Source of the DNA: Obrimoposthia wandeli
Taxonomy: Eukaryota
Assembly: GCA_977020255.1 (NCBI GenBank)
Contig: CDROCS010002432.1
Span: 62,001 to 126,000 of the forward strand
Reading direction: 5' to 3'
Length of the DNA stretch: 64,000 nt
Shown here: piece after piece, positions 20,546 through 30,975 of the stretch
How the letters are laid out: every line of letters begins with the position of its first letter
Position numbering within the stretch: position 1 is the stretch's first letter
Position numbers and translations under genes: made by a program
Notes under the pieces: generated by a model
The model's input: the letters and a program-made list of their open reading frames with translations, nothing else
Told to the model about the DNA's origin: nothing
Database searches by the model: none

Positions 20546-20869
20546 TTGGAATTCCCTTTAGTTAACCTATTGTTTTTTTAGGTTATAAAAAATAATTAAT
20601 AACACAGCGCTAGCTGTATAATTTAGGGCTTACAAGTAGATAGCTAGTCATCTTTATCTATTGTTAAGCGATACGTGTATCGTAGCTAAAAGATAGGGGT
20701 AATGACCATTACACGACATTACACATCGTACTTAGGTTATAACTTGAGGTTACTTTGATAAGGGAAGTATGGCTTTGAGTTAAGACTATCGAATTAGGTA
20801 ATTTGGGCATAGCATCAGTAGTTTTTTTATTTAAATGCTCTGTCTAGTGTGAAAAAAATATTAAATTGA

Positions 20870-21439
20870 GTGCTATATGTTGGAAATCCTATGAGTAAAG
20901 CCAAAGTTATAACAATTAGTGGTGCTTCAGGCGCTGGAAAAACAACGGTTGTAAAGCTGCTAGCTAAAAAGCTTCATTGTGATTTTTTACTATTTGACGA
21001 TTACGCCAATCAAGATAGCTATCCTGATGACATGAAAAAATGGCTAGCTGCAGGTGCGAATGTTTCTGCTATTAAAACACCGGGCTTTGTTAGTGCTTTA
21101 CAAGGGCTAATCTTAAATAGCAGCAGTGATTATATTTTTATTGAAGAGCCATTTGGTAAAGAGCGTAATGTTATAGCGCCATTTATTGATTACGTGGTGC
21201 TGTTGGATCAACCTTTAGATTTGTGTTTAATGCGCATCATTAAAAGGCATACAGAACATCAACACTCAAGTTCATTAAACTCGATTAGTTGTTTCCTAGA
21301 TAAATATGAAGATCACTTACGAGAGAGTTATATCGTCACAGTCAATCAAGTTCGAAACAACAGTGACTTAATTGTTAATGAAGTCTTATCAGCAAAAGCG
21401 ACCACTAACATGATCAGTGAATGGTTAAAAAGCCTTTGA
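20870..21439 (+). CDS. P-loop nucleoside/nucleotide kinase-like protein
   Basis: ITISGASGAGKTT Walker A, LLFDDY, FIEEPFG, LDQPLDLCLMR; likely start is ATG 20891. Confidence 0.8.
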   Translation: MLYVGNPMSKAKVITISGASGAGKTTVVKLLAKKLHCDFLLFDDYANQDSYPDDMKKWLAAGANVSAIKTPGFVSALQGLILNSSSDYIFIEEPFGKERNVIAPFIDYVVLLDQPLDLCLMRIIKRHTEHQHSSSLNSISCFLDKYEDHLRESYIVTVNQVRNNSDLIVNEVLSAKATTNMISEWLKSL

Positions 21440-21444
21440 GTTAC

Positions 21445-21540
21445 ACCCTAAAATTAAACAATATGACTAAGCGTTTGCTATTTTTTCTTTCGTGGCATAT
21501 TTTAGCAAATAATTATTAGCCTGTTCGCTGGGCATTGCAT
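21445..21540 (+). repeat. Degenerate attC-like repeat
   Basis: Aligns with the attC at 59352-59450 (TTAAACAA...ATTTTAGCAAATA.TT.T.GCCTGTT....GGGC.TT); lies directly after a stop codon and before the next RBS; core sites decayed. Confidence 0.45.
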
Positions 21541-21557
21541 TTTTTAGGGCACTTATT

Positions 21558-21842
21558 ATGAATTTAGATAAATCGACAAAACGTATCGCAAAGAAAGTCA
21601 AAAACGGCTTTCAAGGTTATCCTCAAATCACCTTAGCGTATTTTGGCGTATCAGAAGACTGTGCTACTGAGGTGGTGGTTGGCTTTATTTTAGAAGAAGG
21701 TGCCGCTAGCCAGGAAGAAAAATTCTCGAGTACAAGTGATGTGAGAAAAGATGAAACGATTCAAACCACGTTAGTCAAAATTATCGAACGAGCAGAGGCT
21801 AAAACAGTGAACGAAGTTGCGGGTGTAACTTTGATCAAATAG
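21558..21842 (+). CDS. Conserved hypothetical protein (94 aa)
   Basis: AGGG RBS; MNLDKS.KRIAKKVK.GFQGYPQI N-terminus resembles small conserved marine gammaproteobacterial proteins. Confidence 0.7.
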   Translation: MNLDKSTKRIAKKVKNGFQGYPQITLAYFGVSEDCATEVVVGFILEEGAASQEEKFSSTSDVRKDETIQTTLVKIIERAEAKTVNEVAGVTLIK

Positions 21843-21983
21843 TTTAAAACGAGACACACGCTTAGCTATTACTACAGAAATGTAAGCGAATAGTGCGTGC
21901 TATGAGATGTCGAGTGACCGTGACGCGCAAGAGATATGTGTTTATATAGTATCTTCAAGCGCCATGTAATCGACATTTAACCA

Positions 21984-23258
21984 TTAACTACTACTTTCGC
22001 TGTACTCTATGTGGCAAGCCTGATTTCTGCCATTAAGCTTGGCTTGATAAAGTGCTTGATCAGCAATGCTCATCATACGTTTTATTGTCGCGTCACCGCG
22101 AGTGAATATAACGGTAGAGCCTATACTGCAAGTGATGTTAATGCGCTTATCCGCAGAGATAATAACGCTACTAACATTGACTAATATACGCTCAACGACC
22201 TTTTGCAATTCTACCTCTGATATGTTTTGCAAAATAATCGCGAACTCTTCGCCGCCAATACGTGCATGAAAGTCGCCTTTGTGACGTAAAGCTAAATTAA
22301 CAGCATCAACCACCGCTTTGAGACATTCGTCGCCCATGTCATGTCCGTAGGTGTCGTTAACATTTTTAAAATAGTCCAGATCATAAACTAAAAGGGCAAG
22401 TGGCCAATGGTCCGTTGAGTTATCTGAAAAAATGACTTGGCTAAACTCTTGAAAATGTCGACGATTAGCAATTGAGGTTAATGAGTCGGTTCGTGCAAGA
22501 TTGTTTAAAACAATCGTTCGCTCGGTCACCTTTTGCTCTAATTCAATTGATAAGTTACTCGCACGCTTTAAGGTAATGAACATACATAATAAACCGATCA
22601 CTGAAAAGGCGATAAAAATAACATAAGCATATTGAACGGTAATAGCTAAATCAACATTATCGGAACTGATTGGGATACTGACATCAACCGCGCCACGAAC
22701 ATCACCTACTTGCCAGTCATGTTTAGGGCTGTCAGGATGATTATTGTGGCAACTAATGCAACTTTTCTCCATAAAAATGGCTTTGGCATGTCGCAACACA
22801 TTGGAGTTTCCTAGCATTTCTACACGCTCAAATACAGGGTTTGCAGCGCTAATGTTCTCTAAAGCCGCTGTTTGAAAGTCATCTTGCGGACCGCCATTAT
22901 GGCGTCGACTCATAAAAGGAAAGCTGCTAAAGGTGTGGATCACCAAGCCCATGTCACGATCTGATATTGCCTCGCCCAACTCTATGGCAAATGTTGCTGG
23001 GTTGGGTATTGCAAAGGGCTCTTTTTTGTACTCTGCCCGCACGCTAATATCAGGATGGCTACGTAAAGCACTGACAGCATTGTCACTGTACGAAATTCTT
23101 GCTTGATTAATGGTAGAAACTAAAACACTTGCTGTACGCGAGGCGAGAGCTATTGAGGCCGAGTATTGTAATTTTTTGATCGCGATAAGTGAAATCATAG
23201 CCATGATCATGAAGAGTAAGGTAAAGGCGGTAACGGCTTTTGTATGGGAAATTTTCAT
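21984..23258 (-). CDS. Diguanylate cyclase with DUF3365 (Tll0287-like) c-type heme sensor domain
   Basis: Two TM segments flanking a periplasmic domain with CISCH and WQVGDVRGAVDV; DSLTSIANRR, DLDYFKNVNDTYGH, RIGGEEF. Confidence 0.88.
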   Translation of the reverse strand: MKISHTKAVTAFTLLFMIMAMISLIAIKKLQYSASIALASRTASVLVSTINQARISYSDNAVSALRSHPDISVRAEYKKEPFAIPNPATFAIELGEAISDRDMGLVIHTFSSFPFMSRRHNGGPQDDFQTAALENISAANPVFERVEMLGNSNVLRHAKAIFMEKSCISCHNNHPDSPKHDWQVGDVRGAVDVSIPISSDNVDLAITVQYAYVIFIAFSVIGLLCMFITLKRASNLSIELEQKVTERTIVLNNLARTDSLTSIANRRHFQEFSQVIFSDNSTDHWPLALLVYDLDYFKNVNDTYGHDMGDECLKAVVDAVNLALRHKGDFHARIGGEEFAIILQNISEVELQKVVERILVNVSSVIISADKRINITCSIGSTVIFTRGDATIKRMMSIADQALYQAKLNGRNQACHIEYSESSS

Positions 23259-23983
23259 TAGTTACAGGCTGTTAAATCAGTTAGGAAAAGTTAGCTTTAT
23301 TAATAACAAAGCGCAGAGGGTAAATTTTTTAGTTATAACACGCAAGCTTAGCTTAATTATTTTTCATAATCGTTATTTTGGGCTATTTCTCATCATGATC
23401 ACTGTTAAGCATTTCAAAACGTTTATTTAAGGAAAGTGGAGAAATAAATACGCGTATGAATCCGCATTATAGCCAATAGATTCATTTATTGCACAGCCTA
23501 GTGTGCTGCGCTTGATAACCGTAATAAAGGCTTTCCTTCACCATGTTTGTACTCGGCTGCTCTGGCAAGGCGTCGTTAGCTTCTATCTCAGCATTTAAGT
23601 GATGAGATTATGCCAACCCTATGAAATAAATGATTATTTTAGAAGTCTCTAATTATCCAACACCTGCGTTGCTTCAATTTTACTCGCACGCTATCACTCG
23701 GCAACATGCATTGTACTACTGGCTACATCCATGTACGCGCTTGGTTATTGAAGGTTTATTCACGTTAAAAATAGCCGCCTAATTTAATCTTAGTCGGGGT
23801 TAATTCCCCGCAGCTTGCGGCGAAAAGTAGTTAGGTCACGATTAATTAATATACTTACCTTCGCGAAGCGAATTTCGCTTAGGCGAAATCATGGGGCGAG
23901 GTTTTTAATTGTGATTGGTATAATCAACGGGTTACTTCTAGAGGCTTAGCACCTAATATGTTACTATTTTATCCTCTTATTTT

Positions 23984-25669
23984 GTGACACATTATCATTG
24001 TACTGCTATGCCAAACCACGCTACCTGTTTTACCTTGTTTCTCCAAGATGTTGATAATATTTCATTGCCAGAAAAGTTTACTTTTCCCTTTTATTATCAA
24101 CCTCAACCGCTTGCTGTCGCTGCGAGCAAAGCATTACAAAAAAAATTAGCGTTACAGCCACAAGTTTATCAAAACGAAGGTGTTTCGGGTAAAATGTTTG
24201 GTGTATTAGTGGTGCAAAATAGCGAACAACAGATAGGATATTTAGCGGCTTACTCAGGACAGCTTGAAGGTGATACTAGTGGTATTAAATTTGTTCCCGC
24301 TGTATCGGATATGCAATTGAATGACGGCGATTTTTTAGCTGAAAATCGTATTATCAACAACATTAATGCTGAAATTAAGCAGTTAGAACATAGTTCTGAG
24401 CTAAGTGTTGCCACGCAAGCAACGGATGAAGCAAGCGCAACTTATCAGCGAGAATTGTTAGCGCAGCAGAGCTTGATTGTCGCCGGTCGTCAGCAAAGAA
24501 AATTGCAAAGGCTTGAGGCTACTGATGTGTTAGCTGAAAATGATTTTGACCAGTTGAAAGCAAAATTAGCCGGACAAAGTATTGAAGAGAAAAAGCAATT
24601 GCAAGCGCTAAAAAAACATTGGCAAGATAAGTTAACTTTATTACAACAAGCTTTAGCGGAAATTACTGATGCGATAGATAAGCTAAAAAAGCAACGTAAA
24701 GCGCGCTCTAAAGACTTACAGAAAAAACTTTTTGCCCAGTATCAGTTTCTCAATGCTGATGGGGCAGCTAAAGACCTTAATGCCATTTTTGCTGAGTTAC
24801 CTGAACATACGCCACCTGCGGGTGCTGGTGATTGTGCCGCTCCTAAATTATTGCAATATGCTTATCAACAAGACTTAACACCAGTGGCAATGGCTGAGTT
24901 TTGGTGGGGTGCTGCGCCAAAGTCTGCCATTAGGCATCATAAAAATTATTACCCTTCTTGCTACAGTAAGTGCCAACCTATTTTGGGACATATGCTTAAA
25001 GGCTTAAATGTTGAAGATAATCCGCTGCTGATTAACCCAGCTGTAGGTAAAGATTTAGCCATTGTTTATCAAGACCCTGACATGTTGGTGGTGAATAAGC
25101 CGGCGGAGTTTTTGTCAGTGCCAGGTAAAAATATTGAAGATTCGGTTTATATGCGGATAAAAACGCAATTTCCGCAAGCTTCTGGACCGCTTATCGTGCA
25201 TCGTTTAGACATGTCGACATCAGGCTTGTTGATTATCGCGTTAAATAAACGAGCACATAAAGCCCTGCAGAAACAGTTTATTGAACGCACCATCGAGAAA
25301 CGCTATGTCGCACTCGTTGCAGGCAATGTGATTGCTGACAGTGGCAGTATTGAGTTACCACTGATATTAGATTTTGATGATAAGCCTCGACAAAAAGTGT
25401 GTTATCAGCACGGTAAGCATGCGTTAACGACCTGGCAGGTACTTGAGCGAAAAAACGCTACCACACGCCTACATTTGTTCCCTAAAACTGGACGCACACA
25501 CCAATTAAGAGTGCATTGCGCGCACCCATTGGGCTTAAATATGCCAATCGTGGGTGATGATCATTATGGCTTTAAGGCTGAACGCTTACATCTTCACGCG
25601 GAGTATTTGTCGTTACATCATCCGATTAACCATGAGAAGTTAGTGTTTGAAGTTGCTGCGGACTTTTAA
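23984..25669 (+). CDS. RluA-family pseudouridine synthase, long form with coiled-coil N-terminal region
   Basis: FTFPFYYQP, GKMFGVLVV, PPAGAGDCAAPKLLQYA, NKPAEFLSVPG, HRLDMSTSG catalytic motif, TGRTHQLRVH. Confidence 0.92.
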   Translation: MTHYHCTAMPNHATCFTLFLQDVDNISLPEKFTFPFYYQPQPLAVAASKALQKKLALQPQVYQNEGVSGKMFGVLVVQNSEQQIGYLAAYSGQLEGDTSGIKFVPAVSDMQLNDGDFLAENRIINNINAEIKQLEHSSELSVATQATDEASATYQRELLAQQSLIVAGRQQRKLQRLEATDVLAENDFDQLKAKLAGQSIEEKKQLQALKKHWQDKLTLLQQALAEITDAIDKLKKQRKARSKDLQKKLFAQYQFLNADGAAKDLNAIFAELPEHTPPAGAGDCAAPKLLQYAYQQDLTPVAMAEFWWGAAPKSAIRHHKNYYPSCYSKCQPILGHMLKGLNVEDNPLLINPAVGKDLAIVYQDPDMLVVNKPAEFLSVPGKNIEDSVYMRIKTQFPQASGPLIVHRLDMSTSGLLIIALNKRAHKALQKQFIERTIEKRYVALVAGNVIADSGSIELPLILDFDDKPRQKVCYQHGKHALTTWQVLERKNATTRLHLFPKTGRTHQLRVHCAHPLGLNMPIVGDDHYGFKAERLHLHAEYLSLHHPINHEKLVFEVAADF

Positions 25670-25900
25670 TGTTCTGGTTTTAATAGCTAGGTTTACTAGC
25701 TAATGAAATTAATATTTATTACCTGCTAGCGTTAAAATCTAAGGTCTTTGAAACTCAAGCCTTTAAGGTGTAAATTTTTGAGCTTAAGACCAGTCAGCCA
25801 TTACTGATTAAAAGTAATGGCTGTCAGACAAAGATAAATCATTTAAATAGCATATTATAAAGTGATTAATCACTTACCTTTTATCTTTTTTATAATAATG

Positions 25901-26401
25901 CTATAGCTTTCTACCAAGCCTTTTTTCTACTTGTTTCTTTTCCCAGTCTGCGCCAAAAAAACTATAAACTTCAAATACACTCAACCCGTGAGAAATAACA
26001 CCAATACCCCAGCCAAAGGCTGCCCACCAGGCCCAATAATATCCTGGGCTGATTAAAAAGTTTAGTAGAAATAAGCCTAAAATCACCACAGCATAATTAA
26101 TCAGGTGACTATAAAAACCTTTAATATCTCGTACGTGTTCAATCACACGATTTTCTTCTTCGCTATACTTAGTTTCAGGACTTTCTTTATATTCATTTTC
26201 ATGGCTTTCACTGCTCATATCTTTCTCCATTAGCAATTCATCAAGTTCAACTTCAAAAACAGCGGCAAGAGATTTTAGCGATTCTAAACCTGCTTTTTGG
26301 CCTCGTTCAATGCGTTGAATAGTTCTGATACTCAAACCACTAAACTGCGCTAATTGCTCCTGAGACCATGCTCGTTTAAGTCTTAATTTTCGAACGATCA
26401 T
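25901..26401 (-). CDS. XRE-family HTH regulator with C-terminal 2TM domain
   Basis: RKLRLKRAWSQEQLAQFSGLSIRTIQRIE HTH; KGFYSHLINY...WAWWAAFGWGIGVISH 2TM signature. Confidence 0.88.
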   Translation of the reverse strand: MIVRKLRLKRAWSQEQLAQFSGLSIRTIQRIERGQKAGLESLKSLAAVFEVELDELLMEKDMSSESHENEYKESPETKYSEEENRVIEHVRDIKGFYSHLINYAVVILGLFLLNFLISPGYYWAWWAAFGWGIGVISHGLSVFEVYSFFGADWEKKQVEKRLGRKL

Positions 26402-26983
26402 TTAAACTCCCTTTGTTTCTGTTCGTGATGAATTATTCATTACTGGATATTATTTTGCTACGACATTTACCTGACACTTTACTGACAGTTATTAAAATTC
26501 AATAGCTTATGAACTATGCCCTTGAGCATACCATAAAGTTTTTATTTTTTTTCATTAATACTTCGAATATAAAACAGTCAATGGCCAATCTGTTAAGTTT
26601 GCGATTTTGTTGTATTGAGGAAAAATATTTCATTGCTAAGCATTCGATTGAGCCATCGCTGGCTATTAGGATTAAGAGCAACGTCGTAGTAAAGTCTTTT
26701 GCTAATACAAGTGATTAAAAATTTAATGGAATTGACATAAACAGTAACTGAGTTTGATTTTTAACTTACGCTTTGAGTCTGTTTTTTATAGGTTAGGGTA
26801 GCTTAATTATAACGCGTGATAGCCATTAATATTGGTTGTTAACTATAGATGCTAAGGTCAATATCTTATAACGGTGAAAAGAGTGCTCTAGAGAAAAAGT
26901 GTCTTGGCAGAGTGTCGCATAGTTCAAGGTGTACGTTTTAACGTTGCTTTACTAACGCTACTTTTATTGACGTTGTACATACA

Positions 26984-28600
26984 TTAACGTTGTACATAGA
27001 ATGCAACTTGGCCTCGCCCAGTTTCTTTTACGTGGTAAAGCATTTTATCAACATTGAGCATCAATTCGTGTAGTTCAGCCCCATCTTCAGGGCCAACAGC
27101 AATACCAATACTTGCACCAACTGCGCATGTGCTATCTTGTGAAATATAAATATCTTGCTCTAACTCTTTAAGCATAGTGATAGCTTGATCATTTACTGCT
27201 GCTTTGTCGAAAGTATTTATTTGTTGAGCGACGATAAATTCATCACCGCCTAGACGAATGCATATGTCAGTTTCTTGATTGAAACGATGTTTAAGCCGAC
27301 GGGCTGTTTCCAGTAGTACCTTATCGCCCGCTTCGTGGCCATAGGTGTCATTGATTGGTTTGAATTTATCTAAATCAATCATCATTAGTACAAGATATTG
27401 ATGGTGTTTAATGCAATCTCGAAGGGCTCTTGTTAAGTGTTCTTCGCCGGAGCGACGATTCAGTAAACCCGTCAGAGGGTCATGGTCTGCTTCAAAGCGA
27501 GTTTTAAACTCTCGTTCGGCGCGCTCAGTAACATCATGTAAAATTACTTCAACTAAACTCCCTTCTATTTTGCGATGAACTCTGCGTTGATCCGCTAATT
27601 TTGCAAATAGGCAATGTAACCAGATGGTTTTATTGCCTACTCGGCATTCAATATCTAAAGTGTTTTGCGTATGTTTTTTTTCTGCTCGAATATCGATAAG
27701 CAGTTCTTGTAATCTATCTACGTCGTTTACTAGTGAAGGAAAGTGTAACGTTGCTAATTTTTCTGCATCAGTGGCAGTAAAGTAATGCTTAAATGCGGGG
27801 TTAAAGGTGGTGATCATGTTTTGTTCATCTAATAAGCAAATGCCGGCGCTAGCCTGTTCGAAGATTAATCTAAACTTACTTTCTAATTTTTGAGTTTTAC
27901 GGCGTAACGCCCTTTCATTGCTAATGGTTATGCGCAACTCCTGCATCAGAGAGTTTATCCCTTGTGTTAGCTTGCCAATTTCATCTTGCTTTCCCTGTTC
28001 AATCGTTAGCATTTTCATGGTTTCTGGCACGCTAGGATCAATAGTTGTAAAGCTGTCAGTTAATTTTTGAATGGGCCTTGTTAGCTTTCTGTGGACGACA
28101 AGTGAGACAAAAAAAGCAATAATAATGGAGTGGGTTAGCATTAAACCTACTTCTTTTTTGAGTGACATTTTTGCCTGCTGTTGAATAAAATTATCGTCTG
28201 GATAAAGCGTGAGAATACCGACTGTTATATTGCTAATAAAAGGGTGGAGCAATTTAACAGCAATACCCTCTCTTTTTTTATTAACCATACCGCTAGAAAT
28301 AAACTGTTCTATTTCGCCATCACTATTTACTACTTCCAGGCTCGCGCCTTGCACTAAGTCATTACTCAACAGTCCGTTCACCACCTCTTGCCCTAGTTTA
28401 CGATCATTAAGGTGGGCGGATATTGCCCCGGTTTTTGCCATGGTTTCAGTTAACTGTTGAACGAGTAAATAATTGGTATGTTTCTTTTCTTTAAGACCAG
28501 AATAATACGATAACGTTGAGGACAGTAAAGAAACTACCACCGCGACAATAGCAATAGAAAGGGCAACACGAATATAGAGCTTGTGACTAAAGTTTATCAA
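26984..28600 (-). CDS. HAMP-PAS diguanylate cyclase
   Basis: Two TM segments, HAMP-like LTRPIQKL...DEIGKL, PAS IFEQASAGICLLD, DPLTGLLNRR, DLDKFKPINDTYGH, RLGGDEF. Confidence 0.9.
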   Translation of the reverse strand: MINFSHKLYIRVALSIAIVAVVVSLLSSTLSYYSGLKEKKHTNYLLVQQLTETMAKTGAISAHLNDRKLGQEVVNGLLSNDLVQGASLEVVNSDGEIEQFISSGMVNKKREGIAVKLLHPFISNITVGILTLYPDDNFIQQQAKMSLKKEVGLMLTHSIIIAFFVSLVVHRKLTRPIQKLTDSFTTIDPSVPETMKMLTIEQGKQDEIGKLTQGINSLMQELRITISNERALRRKTQKLESKFRLIFEQASAGICLLDEQNMITTFNPAFKHYFTATDAEKLATLHFPSLVNDVDRLQELLIDIRAEKKHTQNTLDIECRVGNKTIWLHCLFAKLADQRRVHRKIEGSLVEVILHDVTERAEREFKTRFEADHDPLTGLLNRRSGEEHLTRALRDCIKHHQYLVLMMIDLDKFKPINDTYGHEAGDKVLLETARRLKHRFNQETDICIRLGGDEFIVAQQINTFDKAAVNDQAITMLKELEQDIYISQDSTCAVGASIGIAVGPEDGAELHELMLNVDKMLYHVKETGRGQVAFYVQR

Positions 28601-28601
28601 A

Positions 28602-28721
28602 TTAATATATCGCTTTTACAGCAATAGTAAGTAACGGTAGAGGTCGTAGGTAAAAGGCATAGATATTACTGATAACAGAGATCATCAATAAAGTTATGGC
28701 AATAATATTTTGATACAACAT
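28602..28721 (-). CDS. Small hydrophobic ORF (39 aa) absent from the ORF track
   Basis: MLYQNIIAITLLMISVISNIYAFYLRPLPLLTIAVKAIY; GAGGG 5 nt before ATG; stop 1 nt before the TTG start of the GGDEF gene. Confidence 0.4.
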   Translation of the reverse strand: MLYQNIIAITLLMISVISNIYAFYLRPLPLLTIAVKAIY

Positions 28722-29037
28722 GTTAGCCCTCATTTTTATTGATTTAGATAATAAAAAGATAGCACAGTTTGAGAATTAACCAACTCAGCTTAACGTTAGC
28801 TCCACCGTAATTTAGTATAATTATAATGCTTTAAAAAACCTCAGTCACTTTCACTTATGATTCGCGCTATACCAATAATTTTTTAGCACTCATTTACCGT
28901 TTATCTACGCCTCGATTTGTTTAAGGAAGAGCTCTTACTCGAGCACTAAAAAATTATTCTACTATACCATCGCATTAATTAATTTCTGCTCGAGAAGGTT
29001 TATAAATATGTTTATTATAGTTTTGGCGATTAAAAAT

Positions 29038-29838
29038 TTACCTATGCTCAGGATCATCTTTAGGCAGGTATTTGTAGCCATTAAACATTGCCGAAACAAT
29101 GGCGCTACGCTCTCGCCTTTCTGCAACAATTACCCCAATAATATGTAAAGGAATAAGTAATAAAAGACAGTAAAATGCATAAACGTGAGCGGTAATAAAA
29201 GGTTTTCTGATCTCTCTCATTGCCTTATAAGCCTCTGCATCTATATTTTCTTTTGAGTAGGGCTGTATCGAGGCTAAATTGTCTTTATCAATGGCAATGC
29301 TTTCTGCGAAATATCTCCCCAGTGGTGGATAGTAAATATCAGTACCCGCGATAACAAGGCCTGAAATCATTTGAACCGACATGGTACTCAACAGTGCTAA
29401 AATCATTAATTTACCTGCCGGATTATGACCTTTGTGAGCTATTTGTTTTTTTTCTCTACACTCCGCTAATTCGGTTTTAAAACCTTTATTGAAAGGCAGC
29501 GTTTTTTGCCACTTTTCGTATCCTTTACCGGTAAAACCAATAATAATGCGAAAAATTAAATTTGCTGCAAATACATAACCCACCAACACATGTATGGTTT
29601 TTAGCAAGATTTTTCCATCGGTACTGAGGCCAAAAAGTTTACCGTTAAATATCACTAAGCCTATGGCGAGAAGTAATAAAATGGCGGTAACATTTAGCCA
29701 ATGAAATAGTCTGATGTTACGACTCCAGACAAAAACTTGTTCTCTTTTAGTATCCATATCAGTCTCGGTTATTTGGGTATGGGTTAATTGGTTTTTAGTG
29801 ATTAAAAGTAAGCAGGTTCTAGCTTGGCTATTAGCCAT
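29038..29838 (-). CDS. Cytochrome b/b6 domain membrane protein (Ni/Fe-hydrogenase cytochrome b-like fold)
   Basis: VWSRNIRLFHW, HVLVGY, GHNPAG, H...HIIG heme-ligating histidines in four TM helices. Confidence 0.85.
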   Translation of the reverse strand: MANSQARTCLLLITKNQLTHTQITETDMDTKREQVFVWSRNIRLFHWLNVTAILLLLAIGLVIFNGKLFGLSTDGKILLKTIHVLVGYVFAANLIFRIIIGFTGKGYEKWQKTLPFNKGFKTELAECREKKQIAHKGHNPAGKLMILALLSTMSVQMISGLVIAGTDIYYPPLGRYFAESIAIDKDNLASIQPYSKENIDAEAYKAMREIRKPFITAHVYAFYCLLLLIPLHIIGVIVAERRERSAIVSAMFNGYKYLPKDDPEHR

Positions 29839-30129
29839 AGTTTTAAATTTTTAATTAGGTACAGGCGTTAGTAACCCCTTTGCCGTTCAGTAAGTCGTTC
29901 AGTAAACGGTTTAGTATTTTTACCTGGGCTAGTACTTAGTATTATGAACGAATTGAGTACTTTAAGTTTTTTAGTTAATTCTAGAACCATTCGATTTTGC
30001 TGCTTTATTATCAGTGATATTATAGGCAAGAACATTAGACATACGTCGACATTTAAACAATTTATGCTTATTTATCTCTAGGGTACATATGTCTATTGAT
30101 TTTTTAAGCTTTTGATTTAAAGAGGTTTT

Positions 30130-30633
30130 ATGAAAGATAAAGTAATAGCATCAATTTTGATTATTATAATGCTGTTGAATTTTTTTGATGTGCTCACCGA
30201 TATATCGTTAGGTGTTCCTTTCTGGCATGTTTTTTCTGAAAGTTTAATTGTGATTGTGTCTGGTTTTGGTGCGCTGTTATTAATTAGAGACATTCATATC
30301 CGCACATTAAATACCGTTAAGTTAACGCAAGAGTTAGCTTTTTCAGATGATAAGTTACGCCATATTTCAGCCGAAATGAAAAGTGCTCGTGATGAATATC
30401 GTAGTGTGATTCAGCAACAGTTTGAGCAATGGAAATTAACCCCTAGCGAGCAAGCGGTTGCCATGTTGTTACTTAAAGGACTTAGTTTGAAGGAAGTTAG
30501 TGCGGTTAGAAATACCAAAGAAAAAACGGTGAGACAACAAGCCTCTGTTATATACAGTAAGGCAAATATAGAAGGGCGACATGAGCTAGCTGCCTGGTTT
30601 TTAGGTGATTTTATAGGTGACGTTATAGGTTAG
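30130..30633 (+). CDS. Membrane-anchored LuxR-type transcriptional regulator
   Basis: Two N-terminal TM helices; LTPSEQAVAMLLLKGLSLKEVSAVRNTKEKTVRQQASVIYSK HTH. Confidence 0.87.
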   Translation: MKDKVIASILIIIMLLNFFDVLTDISLGVPFWHVFSESLIVIVSGFGALLLIRDIHIRTLNTVKLTQELAFSDDKLRHISAEMKSARDEYRSVIQQQFEQWKLTPSEQAVAMLLLKGLSLKEVSAVRNTKEKTVRQQASVIYSKANIEGRHELAAWFLGDFIGDVIG

Positions 30634-30975
30634 TGCGGATGCAATCACCATCATCCCCATGATGTGCCTTTCGCGCGGTGCATTATAAAATGCTAGATGG
30701 CGATAAACACTCGCTTTATCACCACGAGCTTTATGAGCGCTATCAAGTAGTCGACAACTGAGTTCTGGCTTCCCATATGTTGTAAGGCTGCAGCTTAGCG
30801 AAAGCTTAGCTCAACTCAGTTAACGTTAGCTGAACTCAAGTAACGTTCAGCTTTTCTTCTTTCTCTTCGACTTCACTTCACGCCTGTTTAATTTACCTAA
30901 CTTCAGCTTCATGTCTGTTCAATCTTTATGTTCCAACTTTTAGCTAGAATATTGTTTTTAGCGTTTTGCTTAATA

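Noticed and set aside
23640-23935. Possible decayed repeat or IS-end remnants (CCTGCGTTG..., TTCCCCGCAGCTTGCGGCG, GATTGGTATA)
   Set aside because: Fragments resemble intergenic repeat families but no matching pair of ends could be defined from this window.
26509-26718. 69-aa ORF between the XRE regulator and the GGDEF gene
   Set aside because: No motif or RBS support; likely a chance ORF in AT-rich DNA.
29038-29838. Hydrogenase operon
   Set aside because: No large or small hydrogenase subunits or hyp genes nearby; only the cytochrome b fold is supported.
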